The translations under genes were made by a program, and so were the position numbers. The notes beneath the pieces are model-generated. The model was given only the letters and a program-made list of their open reading frames with translations, did not search any database and had not been told where the DNA came from. A DNA stretch of 64,000 nt from Acidimicrobiia bacterium (GTDB lineage Bacteria; Acidobacteriota; Vicinamibacteria; Vicinamibacterales; CAVVIG01), in the NCBI GenBank assembly GCA_016871175.1, contig VFZL01000014.1:25032-89031 (forward strand), given 5' to 3'. Below are positions 1-9,652 of the stretch, one piece after another; position 1 is the first letter of the stretch; each line of letters begins with the position of its first letter.

Positions 1-948
1 GAGCGCGAGGGCGCCGACGGCCGCTGGCAGTTGCTCCACGAGCACCGTCGGTAGCACGAGGTTCTGACTGGCCATGCCGGGATGCGCGACCTGTGCCGCC
101 ATGCCGAGCGTGACCGGGAGGAACGAAAAGAGCGCAATCACCGCGGCCTGAGCGCCGATGCCGACGCGAATCGCGCGCTCGCTGCTTGCGCCGTACACCT
201 TCTGCAGCAGTCCCGGCGAGACGATGAAGTTTGGGCCGAGCAGGGCGAGCAAGGCGAACCCGGATCCGGCGCCGGCCGTGTACAGGACGTTCGAGAAGTC
301 CGCGTGCGCCGCGGCCGGGGCCGCCAACGCCGAAAGTCCGCCGACGCGCCACACCACGATTGGGGCCGCGACGAGGAAGCCCCCGAGCAGCACGACGAGC
401 TGCACGGCGTTCACCCAGGCCGAGCTGAGTAGCCCGCCAGCCATGAAGTAGACGGTCATCACCAGAGCGCTCGCGAGTGTGCCCGCCCAGCGCGGAATAT
501 CCGCGACGACGGTGAGTACCGCAGCGCCCGCGATGAGCTGCGCCGCGAGCACGGAGAGCGCACCAATCCAGATGATCGAGACCACAATGCCGCGGACAGT
601 GCTGCCGTACCGCAGTTCCAGATAGTCACCGGTCGTGTAGAGGTTGTGCGCGATTGCCACCCGCCACACGCGAGGGCCGACCCAGAGCGCAAGGACGAGC
701 GAGCCGATCGCGGCCGAGCCGTTCCACCACCACGCGCTGAGCCCGTCTCGATACGCGAGTCCGGCCGTCCCCACGGTGGTGCCTGCGCCAATGTTGGCCG
801 CCAGAACGGTCGCGAAGAGCAACGGCGCGCCGAGACGGCGTCCGGCGACGAAGAAGTCCGTGCTCCCTTTGACGAGGCGAGCCATCCACAGTCCGACGGC
901 GACCAGCGCCACCGAATACACGATGAGGAACACGAGGTGGACGTTCAT
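1..948 (-). CDS. sodium:solute symporter (SSF) family transporter, N-terminal part (3' end lies beyond the left edge)
   Basis: The minus frame is open from the window edge to the ATG at 948-946. Translation MNVHLVFLIVYSVALVAVGLWMARLVKGSTDFFVAGRRLGAPLLFATVLAANIGAGTTVG... is multi-TM and SSF-like. It is absent from the ORF track because its stop lies outside the window. There is an ATGA overlap with the phoD-like stop (945-948). Confidence 0.7.
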   Translation of the reverse strand, partial: MNVHLVFLIVYSVALVAVGLWMARLVKGSTDFFVAGRRLGAPLLFATVLAANIGAGTTVGTAGLAYRDGLSAWWWNGSAAIGSLVLALWVGPRVWRVAIAHNLYTTGDYLELRYGSTVRGIVVSIIWIGALSVLAAQLIAGAAVLTVVADIPRWAGTLASALVMTVYFMAGGLLSSAWVNAVQLVVLLGGFLVAAPIVVWRVGGLSALAAPAAAHADFSNVLYTAGAGSGFALLALLGPNFIVSPGLLQKVYGASSERAIRVGIGAQAAVIALFSFLPVTLGMAAQVAHPGMASQNLVLPTVLVEQLPAAVGALAL

Positions 949-2534
949 CGCGCGGGGGGGAGCTCCACGCGGTAGAGAGCCTTTCCCGTGAGGTCGTGGA
1001 GGCTGGCGGTCAGCACACGCGTGCGCGCCTCGACATGCAGCAAGCCGTAGAACTGAAGCCCGTCGCTCGGGGGGCGGTTCGGCTTCATCCCAGGAGGGAT
1101 GCCGATGAACCTTGGCTCGGGACCAAAGGTCGCATCGAGTGGATTCGGCCCGAAGGTGCCGGCGTGCAGCGGGCCCGCGACGAACTCCCAGAATGGATCG
1201 AAGTCGGTAAAGCGTGCGCGCGACGGGTCGTACTGATGGGCCGCACAATAGTGCACATCCGCGGTAATCCAGACCGTGTTGCGGATGCGCTGCGACTTGA
1301 TGAATCGCAGCAGGTCCGCGACCTCGAGCTCACGCCCAGACGGAGCCCCCGCCTCGCCGTTGGCGAACGCCTCGAAATGGCTCGGGCCGTCAGCCACGAC
1401 GATGCCGATGGGAAGGTCGCTGGCGATGACCTTCCACGTCGCGCGACTCGCCGCAAGCTGCGCTTTCAGCCACGCGACCTGCGATCGACCGAGCAATGCC
1501 GCGTGCTCGTCCAGCGTCGGTTGCCGATTCGGACTGTTCGCGCCGCGGTAGCTCCGCAGGTCCAGCGCGAACACCTCGACCGAGGGCCCGAGCCGCACGC
1601 TCCGGTAGATCCGCTCAGGATCGTCGCTGTCGAGGGGGAGTGGGTGGTACTCGCGAAAGGCCTGCTGCGCCCGCGCGGCGAGGAGCGCCACGCTCGTGAC
1701 CGCGTATCGCTTGTCGGCGCTGATGTCTCGCGCGTGATACCAGTTGTCGCGGACCTCGTGGTCATCCCAGATCGCGAGCTGGGGCACATCGGCATTGAAG
1801 CGACGCATGTGCTCGTCGAGGAGGTTGTACTGGTAGTTCCCTCTATAGTCGGCGATCGTCTGGGCCGGCTTCGACTTCGCCTCCGTGACGATGTTCCTCC
1901 AGATCGTCCCATCGTCGAGCTTGATCTCTGCCGGGATCGGCCCGTCTGCGTAGATCGTGTCGCCCAGGTTGATGAACACATCCGGCTGCGCGCGCCGCAT
2001 CGTCTCGTACAGGCGCAGGCCGCCCCAATCCCGGTTCAAGCCCCACCCTTGCCCAACCGTATCCGCGGAGAACGCGATCGTCAGATCTCGGCGGGCCGTC
2101 GCAGCCGCTGGTGGCGTCGTGAAGCTACCCTGGATCGGCTGGCTGACGGCGCGAAGATCCTCGAGGCTCTGAAACGTGACGCGATAGAAGATCCGTTGCC
2201 CCGCCGGCAGATCGCGCAACACGACGTGCGCGGTGAAGTCGGATTCCTCGAGCGCTGCAGGGCCCTGCACCCGCCGAAGGTCACGAAAGCTCTCCGTGGT
2301 GGAGTACTCCACGATGGATCGAGCCGCGCGATCGGCCCGGCTCCAGATGACCGCGCGCCCGCTGTGAGCATCGCCGGACGCAACGCCGTGCGTGATCTGA
2401 GGCAGCCCGCGTTCCGACGTGATGATCGCGGGTGCCTGCGCGCGGAGGATGGGCCACGGCGAGGCGAGCGCCGCGCCGAGCCGGAGCGTCCGCTGCACGA
2501 ACGTCCGCCGATCGATGCGCGACGGTCTGCTCAC
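945..2534 (-). CDS. phoD: PhoD-like alkaline phosphatase/phosphodiesterase with a Tat signal
   Basis: The 608-aa ORF contains PhoD-type metallophosphatase blocks (DLTIAFSADTVGQGWG, DVFINLGDTIYADGP, WDDHEVRDNW). The likely start is GTG 2534, giving VSRPSRIDRRTFVQRTLRLGAALASP, a twin-arginine leader. The upstream extension overlaps the neighbouring gene and looks like non-coding shadow sequence. Confidence 0.85.
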   Translation of the reverse strand: MSRPSRIDRRTFVQRTLRLGAALASPWPILRAQAPAIITSERGLPQITHGVASGDAHSGRAVIWSRADRAARSIVEYSTTESFRDLRRVQGPAALEESDFTAHVVLRDLPAGQRIFYRVTFQSLEDLRAVSQPIQGSFTTPPAAATARRDLTIAFSADTVGQGWGLNRDWGGLRLYETMRRAQPDVFINLGDTIYADGPIPAEIKLDDGTIWRNIVTEAKSKPAQTIADYRGNYQYNLLDEHMRRFNADVPQLAIWDDHEVRDNWYHARDISADKRYAVTSVALLAARAQQAFREYHPLPLDSDDPERIYRSVRLGPSVEVFALDLRSYRGANSPNRQPTLDEHAALLGRSQVAWLKAQLAASRATWKVIASDLPIGIVVADGPSHFEAFANGEAGAPSGRELEVADLLRFIKSQRIRNTVWITADVHYCAAHQYDPSRARFTDFDPFWEFVAGPLHAGTFGPNPLDATFGPEPRFIGIPPGMKPNRPPSDGLQFYGLLHVEARTRVLTASLHDLTGKALYRVELPPAR

Positions 2535-2544
2535 GAGCCGCTCG

Positions 2545-3657
2545 TCATCGAAGCCTCGCCGGCACCGTGCCGAGGTCGCGGGCGGCTGGCGTGCCGGCAA
2601 GTGACTCGGCCTTCGACACAGCTCGAACGATCGCCTCAGACAGCGCGTCGGCCGCGAGCGCGCCGACGATAGTGACGCTGATCGGTTCCGCCAGCCGCCC
2701 GGTCGCCAGCGAAAAGACCGTATCACCGTCCCCAATCGTGTGCGACGGGGTGATCGCGCGCGCCAGGCCATCGTCGGCCATCAACGCCACACGGTTGATC
2801 TCGGCCTTCGTGAGCGTCGCGTTCGTGGCGACCAGCGCGATGGTCGTGTTCTGGCCGGGTTGCGGCTGTGCCCGATTGGCACGTGGGAGCAGCGCGCCCG
2901 ACCTGATGAGCGTGCGCACGTCGGCCAGGCTCCTGCCGTCCTCAGTGCGCATGCCCGCGACGACCTTGCCGGTGGAGGGATCGATGACGTCTCCCACGGC
3001 GTTGACTGCGACGATGGCCCCAACCACGAGGCCGTTCGGGAGCGCAATGGCCGCGGATCCCACGCCGCCCTTCATCGAGCGTGGCGGTCGTCCGGATCCG
3101 AGCTTGCCGACCGTGGCGCCCGCACCTGCGCCGACATTGCCCTCCGCGACCGCCCCGTCGGTCGCTGTCTGGGCTGCCCTGTACCCGCACTCGGCGGTTG
3201 GCCGCACCTTCGGGTTCCCTCCGAAGCCCAGGTCCATCAAGATCGCGGCCGGGACGATGGGGACGACGCCGTTCTGACCGACCGGCCATCCGATGTTTCG
3301 TTCCTCGAGGTACCGTACGACACCCTGAGCGGCGTCGAGTCCATAGGCGCTGCCACCCGAGAGCACCACGGCATTCACTTTATCCACCATGTTCGACGGA
3401 TCGAGGAGGTCCGTCTCGCGTGTGCCGGGCGCGCCCCCGCGCTGCGAGACACCGCCTACGGCTCCGGGCCCATCGACGAGGATCACCGTGCACCCGGTCG
3501 GTCGTTCCGCCAGCGTGTGATGGCCCACCTTGAGGCCCTGGACCGCGGTGAGCCCCTTCGCCGCGACGGCGGACGTGGCCGTCGACGGTGCACGCGACGT
3601 ACCCGTCGCGGCCGCCGCTACGAGAAGGCCCACTGAGGCGAGAACGGTTCGTGACAT
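2545..3657 (-). CDS. P1/S58 family peptidase (DmpA-type L-aminopeptidase/D-esterase)
   Basis: 370 aa with a signal peptide. Family-typical blocks are GVSQRGGAPGTRETDLL, VVLSGGSAYGLDAA and NTTIALVATNATLTKAE. Confidence 0.85.
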   Translation of the reverse strand: MSRTVLASVGLLVAAAATGTSRAPSTATSAVAAKGLTAVQGLKVGHHTLAERPTGCTVILVDGPGAVGGVSQRGGAPGTRETDLLDPSNMVDKVNAVVLSGGSAYGLDAAQGVVRYLEERNIGWPVGQNGVVPIVPAAILMDLGFGGNPKVRPTAECGYRAAQTATDGAVAEGNVGAGAGATVGKLGSGRPPRSMKGGVGSAAIALPNGLVVGAIVAVNAVGDVIDPSTGKVVAGMRTEDGRSLADVRTLIRSGALLPRANRAQPQPGQNTTIALVATNATLTKAEINRVALMADDGLARAITPSHTIGDGDTVFSLATGRLAEPISVTIVGALAADALSEAIVRAVSKAESLAGTPAARDLGTVPARLR

Positions 3658-3696
3658 AGAGGACCCATCGGTGCCCCGTTGCCGCCGGCCGCACCT

Positions 3697-5294
3697 TCAG
3701 AAACTGTACTTGATCGCCAGCTGCACCACCCGTCCATCTTCAGCGGCAGTGATCTGGCCGAACTGAGGTGTGCCAGCCTGGTTGCCGGTCTGGGTCACTC
3801 CGGGTACGCCGGTGCCGGGATTGCGGAACTGCGTCTGATTCCAGAGGTTGAAGGCGCTTGAGGCGTGGCGCCGATGCGGTTGTACGAGATGCGCGCCACG
3901 TTGTAGAGATTTGAGCCAAAGATGTGGGTATCGGCCACCATCGCGTCCTAGAGGGTCGCCTTCGCCAACGTGCCGACCGGGCGCGTCGTCGGCGGATCTC
4001 GACGATCGGTGCGGCTGAGCATGTACCGGCCGAGGATGGAGTGCTGGACGGCGGGCTGGTAGTCGAACCGCAGCCCGAACTGATTCCGTTGGTCGATCGA
4101 GTCCGGCGAGAGCACGTACCGGGTGGTCCCCGTATTGGCAGCCGGCACGAAGTCGCGGACCAGTTGGAGCGCGGACTGATTCAGGCGGTCCGTGGGGATC
4201 TGATTGTTCGAGAACGGCAGACCCGTGAGGGGATCGCGGATCGTCGTCGTCCCGAAGTTCCCGGTTCGCTGGGCAGTGCTCAGGACCACGACGTTCTGAG
4301 TCACGCCGCTGGTGTTGCGGAAGCCCTCATAGTAGCCGAACCCGAACAAGCGGTTTCTGGCCAGCGGTCCGCCCAGGGTGCCGCCGAACTGATTCTGTTG
4401 GAGCTTGGGCTTGGCCTGGTCCGCCGCGGCGAAGTAGTTGCGCGCGTTCAGGGCGGTGCTGCGGTTGAAGTCCCACGCCGAGGCGTGAATGGCGTTCGTC
4501 CCACTGCGCGTCACGACGTTGACCACCGAGCCGGCGTTGCGTCCGTATTCAGCGCCGTAGGAGTGCGTCAGGATCTTGAACTCCTGAATGGCATCCGGCG
4601 GGGGACGCAGGACGAACCCCGTGTTGAACGTGTCGTTGTTGCTCGCGCCATCGAGCAGGAAGTTGTTGGACTGGTTCCGCTGGCCGTTCACGCTGAAGCC
4701 CGACGTGGCTGCGCCAAAGCCGCCCGGCGTGGCGTCGCCAGCGCCGCTACCGAGGGCAGCCGGTGGGGCGAACACGCCCGGCAGCAAGGTGCCGAGCTGC
4801 GTGAAGTTGCGGCCGTTGAGCGGCAGGTCGACGATCTGATCGCGCGTGACGACCAGACCGAGCGTCGCGTGTCGCGTTTCGACCAACGGGACAACGGCCG
4901 ATACCGAGACGGTCTCTTCGATACTGCCGACGTTGAGCTCGATGTCAACGCGCGCCGTGCTCGTGACGGTCACGGCGACATTCGAACGCTCGACGGCACG
5001 GAATCCTGAGAGCGAGCCCTTCACACGGTAGGCGCCTGGGGGCACCAGCGGAATCGTGTGGCGGCCGCTCTCGTCCGTCACGCCCGTTCGCGTCTGGTTC
5101 GTGTCGACGTTCGTCACGTCGATCGTCACCCCAGGCAGTACCCCACCGGACGTGTCAGTGACGACGCCGGCGATCGAACCGGTCGCCTGTGCGCGCAGGC
5201 TCGACACAGTTCCGAGCAGCGTCACGACGACGGCGAGCGGCACGCCGATTCTGCCCGCGGCCCGAGCTCTCACGATTGGCCTGCGCTCTTGCAA
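3697..5294 (-). pseudogene. TonB-dependent receptor (carboxypeptidase-regulatory-like N-terminus), disrupted and internally deleted
   Basis: Signal peptide (start TTG 5294 or GTG 5273), a GSIAGVVTDTSGGVLPGVTIDVTN domain and a plug (LPLNGRNFTQL). The ORF ends at in-frame TAG 3948-3950. The same frame continues DAMVADTHIFGSNLYNVARISYNRIG. The frame then changes and joins the canonical C-terminus AFNLWNQTQFRNPG...FGQITAAEDGRVVQLAIKYSF* (stop 3697-3699). Most of the barrel is missing. Confidence 0.7.
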
Positions 5295-5329
5295 CGTCCA
5301 GCCCTCAGCCGCGTTGGTGGCCTCGGCTT

Positions 5330-6604
5330 TCAGCTCTCCGTCAATGTCAACAACGACAGCGCCAGCACTTTCGTTGCGTTCACGAGGTCGTCGACGCTGC
5401 ACCACTCGTCTGGCTGGTGCGCGAGGTCCAGCACACCAGGACCGTACGCCACACAGTTGCGGATGCCGCCGATTCGATCGACGTGCTTGTGATCGTACGT
5501 CCCAGGGCTCGCCACATGGCTGGCCGGCCTGCCAAGCACGTCCAGGATATGTCGGTCCAGTACGGTCACGAGCGGTGAATCCGCCGGCGTATGGGTGGGA
5601 TGGACCACCATCAGGTCGCGCAGGTCGTAGCGGAACCCATTCCTTTCGGTGGCCAGCCGCTCGAGCAGCTCGACGATCTCTTCGCGGGTCGCCTCGAAAC
5701 CTTCCTCGAGGAGGAACCGTCGATCGAAAACCGCACGGCACTGGTCCGCGACACACGGCGTCTGAATCCCGTCCACCGGTTGTCCCCCCGCGATGCCGTT
5801 TACGTTGATCGTCGCGTGACGGGCGAGGTCAGGCACCACCGGCACGCTCGTCGTCCGGCTGGCCAGCCGTGGGATCAGTTCGTGGTGAATGTGCTCCAGT
5901 ACCCGCCTCATCTGATCAATCGCGCTGGCGCCGAGAAACGGCATGCTGCCGTGGGCGATGCGCCCGTGCGTCGTGACCTCGAACCAGTAGACGCCGCGAT
6001 GGCCAAGACAGACGCGGTCGACGTTCAGCGGCTCGGGAATGATAACGTGATCGACCGTGCGCGCGGTCAGATGGCCGCGCTCGGCCAACCACGCGACGCC
6101 CGCGAGGCCGCCGCTCTCTTCATCGACGGTCCCGCTGATCTCGATCGATCCACCCAAGGGGACATCCGCCCGGCGGATTGCCTCGGCGGCAAACACCGCT
6201 GCCGCCAGGCCGGCTTTCATGTCACATGCACCTCGCCCGTAGATCCGGCCGTCACGGACGATGCCGGCGAACGGATCGACCGTCCAGCCGTGTCCGGCTG
6301 GCACGACGTCGATGTGGCCGTTCAGGTGCACCGTCGGACGAGGGCGCTCGCCCTGTCGACGTCCGACCACGTTCACGCGCGGGAAGTCAGGCGTGTGCTC
6401 GGGCCGTCCATCGGCTTCGAGGTAGTGCACCTCGAACCCGCAGTCGCGGAGCCGACGGCCAAGCACTTCGGCACCTGTCTGGTACTCCATTCCAGGCGGA
6501 TTGACGGTCGGAATCTTGATGAGGGCCGCCGTGAAGTCGACAAGCTCGTCGCCGGCGGCTTCGACCGCCTTCAATACCCGCTCGCGCGCAGACGCGCTGA
6601 TCAT
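5330..6604 (-). CDS. M20 family metallopeptidase (ArgE/DapE/ACY1/CPG2 type)
   Basis: 424 aa with HLNGHIDVVPAG, GRGACDMKAG and GTVDEESGG metal-binding blocks. Confidence 0.85.
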   Translation of the reverse strand: MISASARERVLKAVEAAGDELVDFTAALIKIPTVNPPGMEYQTGAEVLGRRLRDCGFEVHYLEADGRPEHTPDFPRVNVVGRRQGERPRPTVHLNGHIDVVPAGHGWTVDPFAGIVRDGRIYGRGACDMKAGLAAAVFAAEAIRRADVPLGGSIEISGTVDEESGGLAGVAWLAERGHLTARTVDHVIIPEPLNVDRVCLGHRGVYWFEVTTHGRIAHGSMPFLGASAIDQMRRVLEHIHHELIPRLASRTTSVPVVPDLARHATINVNGIAGGQPVDGIQTPCVADQCRAVFDRRFLLEEGFEATREEIVELLERLATERNGFRYDLRDLMVVHPTHTPADSPLVTVLDRHILDVLGRPASHVASPGTYDHKHVDRIGGIRNCVAYGPGVLDLAHQPDEWCSVDDLVNATKVLALSLLTLTES

Positions 6605-6664
6605 CGCTTGAGGATAACGCGATTGGTCGCGGTTCGAAGGGTCGGGGGTTCACGGGCTCTGGGG

Positions 6665-7396
6665 TCATTTCACCTTGACGAGATGCCCGACGATCTCCCG
6701 CTGCTTGCCCATGAGTTGCGCAATGCCGTGATCGGCCAGGTCGAGCAGCTTGGTGAGCGATTCGCGCCCGAACGGAATCGCCTCAGCCGTACCCTGGACT
6801 TCGATGAACCGCCCGTCACCCGTCTTGACGATGTTCATGTCGACTTCGGCGCGCGAATCATCCTCGTACGCCAAGTCGAGCAGCGCTTCGCCGTCGACGA
6901 TCCCGACGCTGATCGCGGCGACGTAGTCATTCAGTGGAATCGCCTTCAGTAGATCGCGATCACGCAGCTTCTCGAGGGCGAGCGCCAACGCCACAAACGA
7001 GCCAGTGATCGCCGCGGTCCGCGTGCCGCCATCCGCTTGGATGACGTCGCAGTCGATCCAGATGGTTCGTTCGCCCAGCGCCTGGAGGTTGGTCACGGCG
7101 CGCAACGAGCGCCCGATCAGCCGTTGAATCTCTTGCGTCCGGCCACCGACTTTTCCCGCACTGGCCTCCCGCGTCATCCGCGTCGTCGTCGCGCGCGGCA
7201 GCATGCCGTACTCGGCGGTGACCCACCCCTTACCGGTGTTGCGCAAGAACGGTGGCACCCGATCTTCGAGGCTGGCGGTGCAGATGACTTTTGTGTGACC
7301 GGACTGGATGAGCACCGAGCCTTCGGCGTGCATCAAGTAGTGCGGCGTGATCGTGGTGGTTCGAAGCTGATTGGCCTGACGCTGATCGGATCGCAT
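6665..7396 (-). CDS. rph: ribonuclease PH
   Basis: [42 protein letters not shown]...[18 protein letters not shown] is unmistakably RNase PH. ATG 7396 is preferred over the GTG at 7408. Confidence 0.95.
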   Translation of the reverse strand: MRSDQRQANQLRTTTITPHYLMHAEGSVLIQSGHTKVICTASLEDRVPPFLRNTGKGWVTAEYGMLPRATTTRMTREASAGKVGGRTQEIQRLIGRSLRAVTNLQALGERTIWIDCDVIQADGGTRTAAITGSFVALALALEKLRDRDLLKAIPLNDYVAAISVGIVDGEALLDLAYEDDSRAEVDMNIVKTGDGRFIEVQGTAEAIPFGRESLTKLLDLADHGIAQLMGKQREIVGHLVKVK

Positions 7397-7408
7397 GTGG
7401 AGGTTCAC

Positions 7409-7978
7409 CTACTGAACCCACGTGGGGCTCGTGACGAGAGGTTGCCGCAGGTCGATGTGACCCGCGAGCGTGTCGACTTCCTTGCCGTTGACCAGGATCT
7501 GCACGCCGCCGACGGCCGGAAGATTGGCCTTGACCGCGGCGACGAGCGTGTAAATCGTCAGCGATTCGCTCAGCGTGCCGCCGGGATGGCCCGACACGAT
7601 CTCAGACGAGACGTCCACGTAGGCGTCACCGTTTGCCACGAAGACGGCGCGGAGGGTCGTGCCGCTCGGAATCGCAGACAGCAGCGGCGGCTCGGGAGAT
7701 GTGAGCTGGGCTTCCAGTATCGCGCGGGCTTGCGCCGTGGGGTCTGCCCCGAACGCGACGTCGCGTTCGACACCCGTCAACCCGTGACCATCGTCGGAGA
7801 CGAAGAAGAGCCGCGCCTTGATCTTGCGTTCGGGTGCGGCGGGCGCGTTCGACTCCACCGGGGGTTCCACGGCCGGTGGTGGCAGTGCGACCCAGCGGGG
7901 CAAGGCGATGAAGAGCCCCCATGCGAGGACTGCCGTGAGAAGTCCCACGGCTCCGACGACGATGGCGCGTCCTGGCAT
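7409..7978 (-). CDS. GerMN domain-containing protein
   Basis: 189 aa with an N-terminal TM segment, then a GerMN-like region (ARLFFVSDDGHGLTGVERDV...GGVQILVNGKEVDTLAGHIDL). Its ATG overlaps the amidase stop (ATGA at 7976-7980). It ends in a genuine TAG (7409-7411). Confidence 0.8.
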   Translation of the reverse strand: MPGRAIVVGAVGLLTAVLAWGLFIALPRWVALPPPAVEPPVESNAPAAPERKIKARLFFVSDDGHGLTGVERDVAFGADPTAQARAILEAQLTSPEPPLLSAIPSGTTLRAVFVANGDAYVDVSSEIVSGHPGGTLSESLTIYTLVAAVKANLPAVGGVQILVNGKEVDTLAGHIDLRQPLVTSPTWVQ

Positions 7979-9603
7979 CAGCGCTCGCCCTCCGGAGCGC
8001 GACCCAAGTAGTCACGAAAATCGACCACCGCGTCGACGATCGCGCCTGCGATGGAGCTCTGGAACTCGCTGTTGCCCAGCCGCGCCTCCTGTTCGGGGCT
8101 GCTCAGATAGCCCAACTCGATGAGGACAGCCGGCATATTCGCGGACGCGAGGATCCGGAGGAGAGCCCGGTCGGTGGGACGGACGTCGAGCGGGGCGGTT
8201 GCCCCGATGCGCCCCTGCAGGAGATCGGCGAGCACCGTCGATTGATCGATGTAACGAATCTGCGCCAGGCTCCAGGGGACGAGCTCGATGTCGCGGATGC
8301 CTCCGCCGAAGACCGGCACACGGTGAGGTTCCAGGACGCGGCGCGCAAGGCCTTCATCGGGGAACTGGGCCACGAAGACGGATGCGCCGGTGTTGGAGGG
8401 CCGGAACGAGGCATTGGCATGGAGGCTGATGAACAGATCGGTCTTGTTGTTATTCGCGACGGCAGTCCGGGCTTCGGGCGGTAGCTCGCGATCATCGTCG
8501 CGCGTCATCAGCACGCGGAGACCGAGCCGTGTCTCGAGCAGGGTCTTCACGCGGCGGCCCACGGCGAGCGTCAACGTCTTCTCCGTGAGGCCACCGCTGC
8601 CCTGGACCCCGAGGTCGGGACCGCCATGGCCCGGATCGATGGTGACCGTACGAATGGGGGACGTCGGCTGACCGAACGTGGGCAGATCCGCCGGTGGTGT
8701 GGGGACCGTCGAACCCGCCGGCGGAGTCGCTGCGAACCCTGGAGCGGATGACGCCGCCGCGCCTGGGGCACCCGCTGTCGCCGAGCCCGTTGACACCGAT
8801 GGCCCGTCGCTCGGAAGCGGGAGGAGGTCGAGGCTCAAGCGCGTCACGTTGTCGACGGCCTGCGTCGAGGACCGATACGATCCGAACCGCGGTCCGAGGT
8901 CGATCGCCAGCGTGACGGGATCCATCCGTCGAATGGCCTGAAGAAACCCCTGCGGCGGCACACCGGGAATGGTGGCGTCGATCGCGTCGGCGTCGAACTT
9001 CAGCGTGAGGTGATCCGCTTCGCGGGTCAGCGTGCTGGTCGTCGACGGCGTGATCTCGACGATCAGCCGGTGGCCCACCGGTTGCGGCTCGGATGTCATC
9101 GTCACGCGTGGCACTCTCAGATCGCCGACGATCAACAGATGCGACGCCCGACGCAGATCGATCCGCGTGTCGGCGATCGGCGCAAGCGCGCGACTGATGA
9201 AGTCCACCGGCACCCACAGCCGACCGGCGATGCGTGCTGGCCGCGTGGGAAGCGAGATCATCCGGCCCGCGACCGACGCAATCGTCTGCTCCGGGTTGAA
9301 GATGACCGTCCGCCCGCGAGACGAGACCGTGACAGCCCCTGCTTCCTCGCGGACCGTCAGTTGGAAGACGGCTGCGAGCTCATCCAGGGAGACGAGCTCC
9401 TGATCGTTGACCACCGCGAGGGGAAGCGCTCGGCGTGTGTCACGGGAGAGGAGCGTGAGCGATGTCTGGCCCTGTCCGAGCAGGCGGACCATCAACGACA
9501 CCGCAAGGACGAGCCCGACGGTAGCGAACCAGGCAATGGGACGGGCCACTCGACGTGCCGTCACCGCGGTGCGCGGTGGATCACGGATGATCAGACCCTC
9601 CAT
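7978..9603 (-). CDS. amiC: N-acetylmuramoyl-L-alanine amidase (Amidase_3, AmiC-like) with an AMIN-like N-terminal region
   Basis: 541 aa. The catalytic region reads VTIDPGHGGPDLGVQG...DLFISLHANAS...LIELGYLSSPEQE. Confidence 0.9.
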   Translation of the reverse strand: MEGLIIRDPPRTAVTARRVARPIAWFATVGLVLAVSLMVRLLGQGQTSLTLLSRDTRRALPLAVVNDQELVSLDELAAVFQLTVREEAGAVTVSSRGRTVIFNPEQTIASVAGRMISLPTRPARIAGRLWVPVDFISRALAPIADTRIDLRRASHLLIVGDLRVPRVTMTSEPQPVGHRLIVEITPSTTSTLTREADHLTLKFDADAIDATIPGVPPQGFLQAIRRMDPVTLAIDLGPRFGSYRSSTQAVDNVTRLSLDLLPLPSDGPSVSTGSATAGAPGAAASSAPGFAATPPAGSTVPTPPADLPTFGQPTSPIRTVTIDPGHGGPDLGVQGSGGLTEKTLTLAVGRRVKTLLETRLGLRVLMTRDDDRELPPEARTAVANNNKTDLFISLHANASFRPSNTGASVFVAQFPDEGLARRVLEPHRVPVFGGGIRDIELVPWSLAQIRYIDQSTVLADLLQGRIGATAPLDVRPTDRALLRILASANMPAVLIELGYLSSPEQEARLGNSEFQSSIAGAIVDAVVDFRDYLGRAPEGER

Positions 9604-9652
9604 TGTAGTCGCTGCGGTCCCCGCGCCAGCCAGCCGAGAGGGCGTGGAACCG

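Noticed and set aside
996-2672. Very long ORFs antisense to well-supported genes (996..2672+, 3924..5009+, 5591..6952+, 16576..17826+, 24392..25417-, 27556..28524-, 44942..46414-, 57449..59017-, 60728..62422+ and many more)
   Set aside because: They mirror genes with clear family signatures on the opposite strand. Their translations are Arg/Pro/Ala/Gly-rich with no recognisable motifs. This is the typical shadow-ORF behaviour of high-GC DNA.
6605-6664. GGTTCGAAGG-containing intergenic stretch as a possible tRNA T-arm
   Set aside because: The non-coding gap is only about 60 nt and cannot fold into a cloverleaf. I found no tRNA, rRNA or CRISPR-like periodic repeats anywhere in the window by eye. 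A dedicated scan was not possible.
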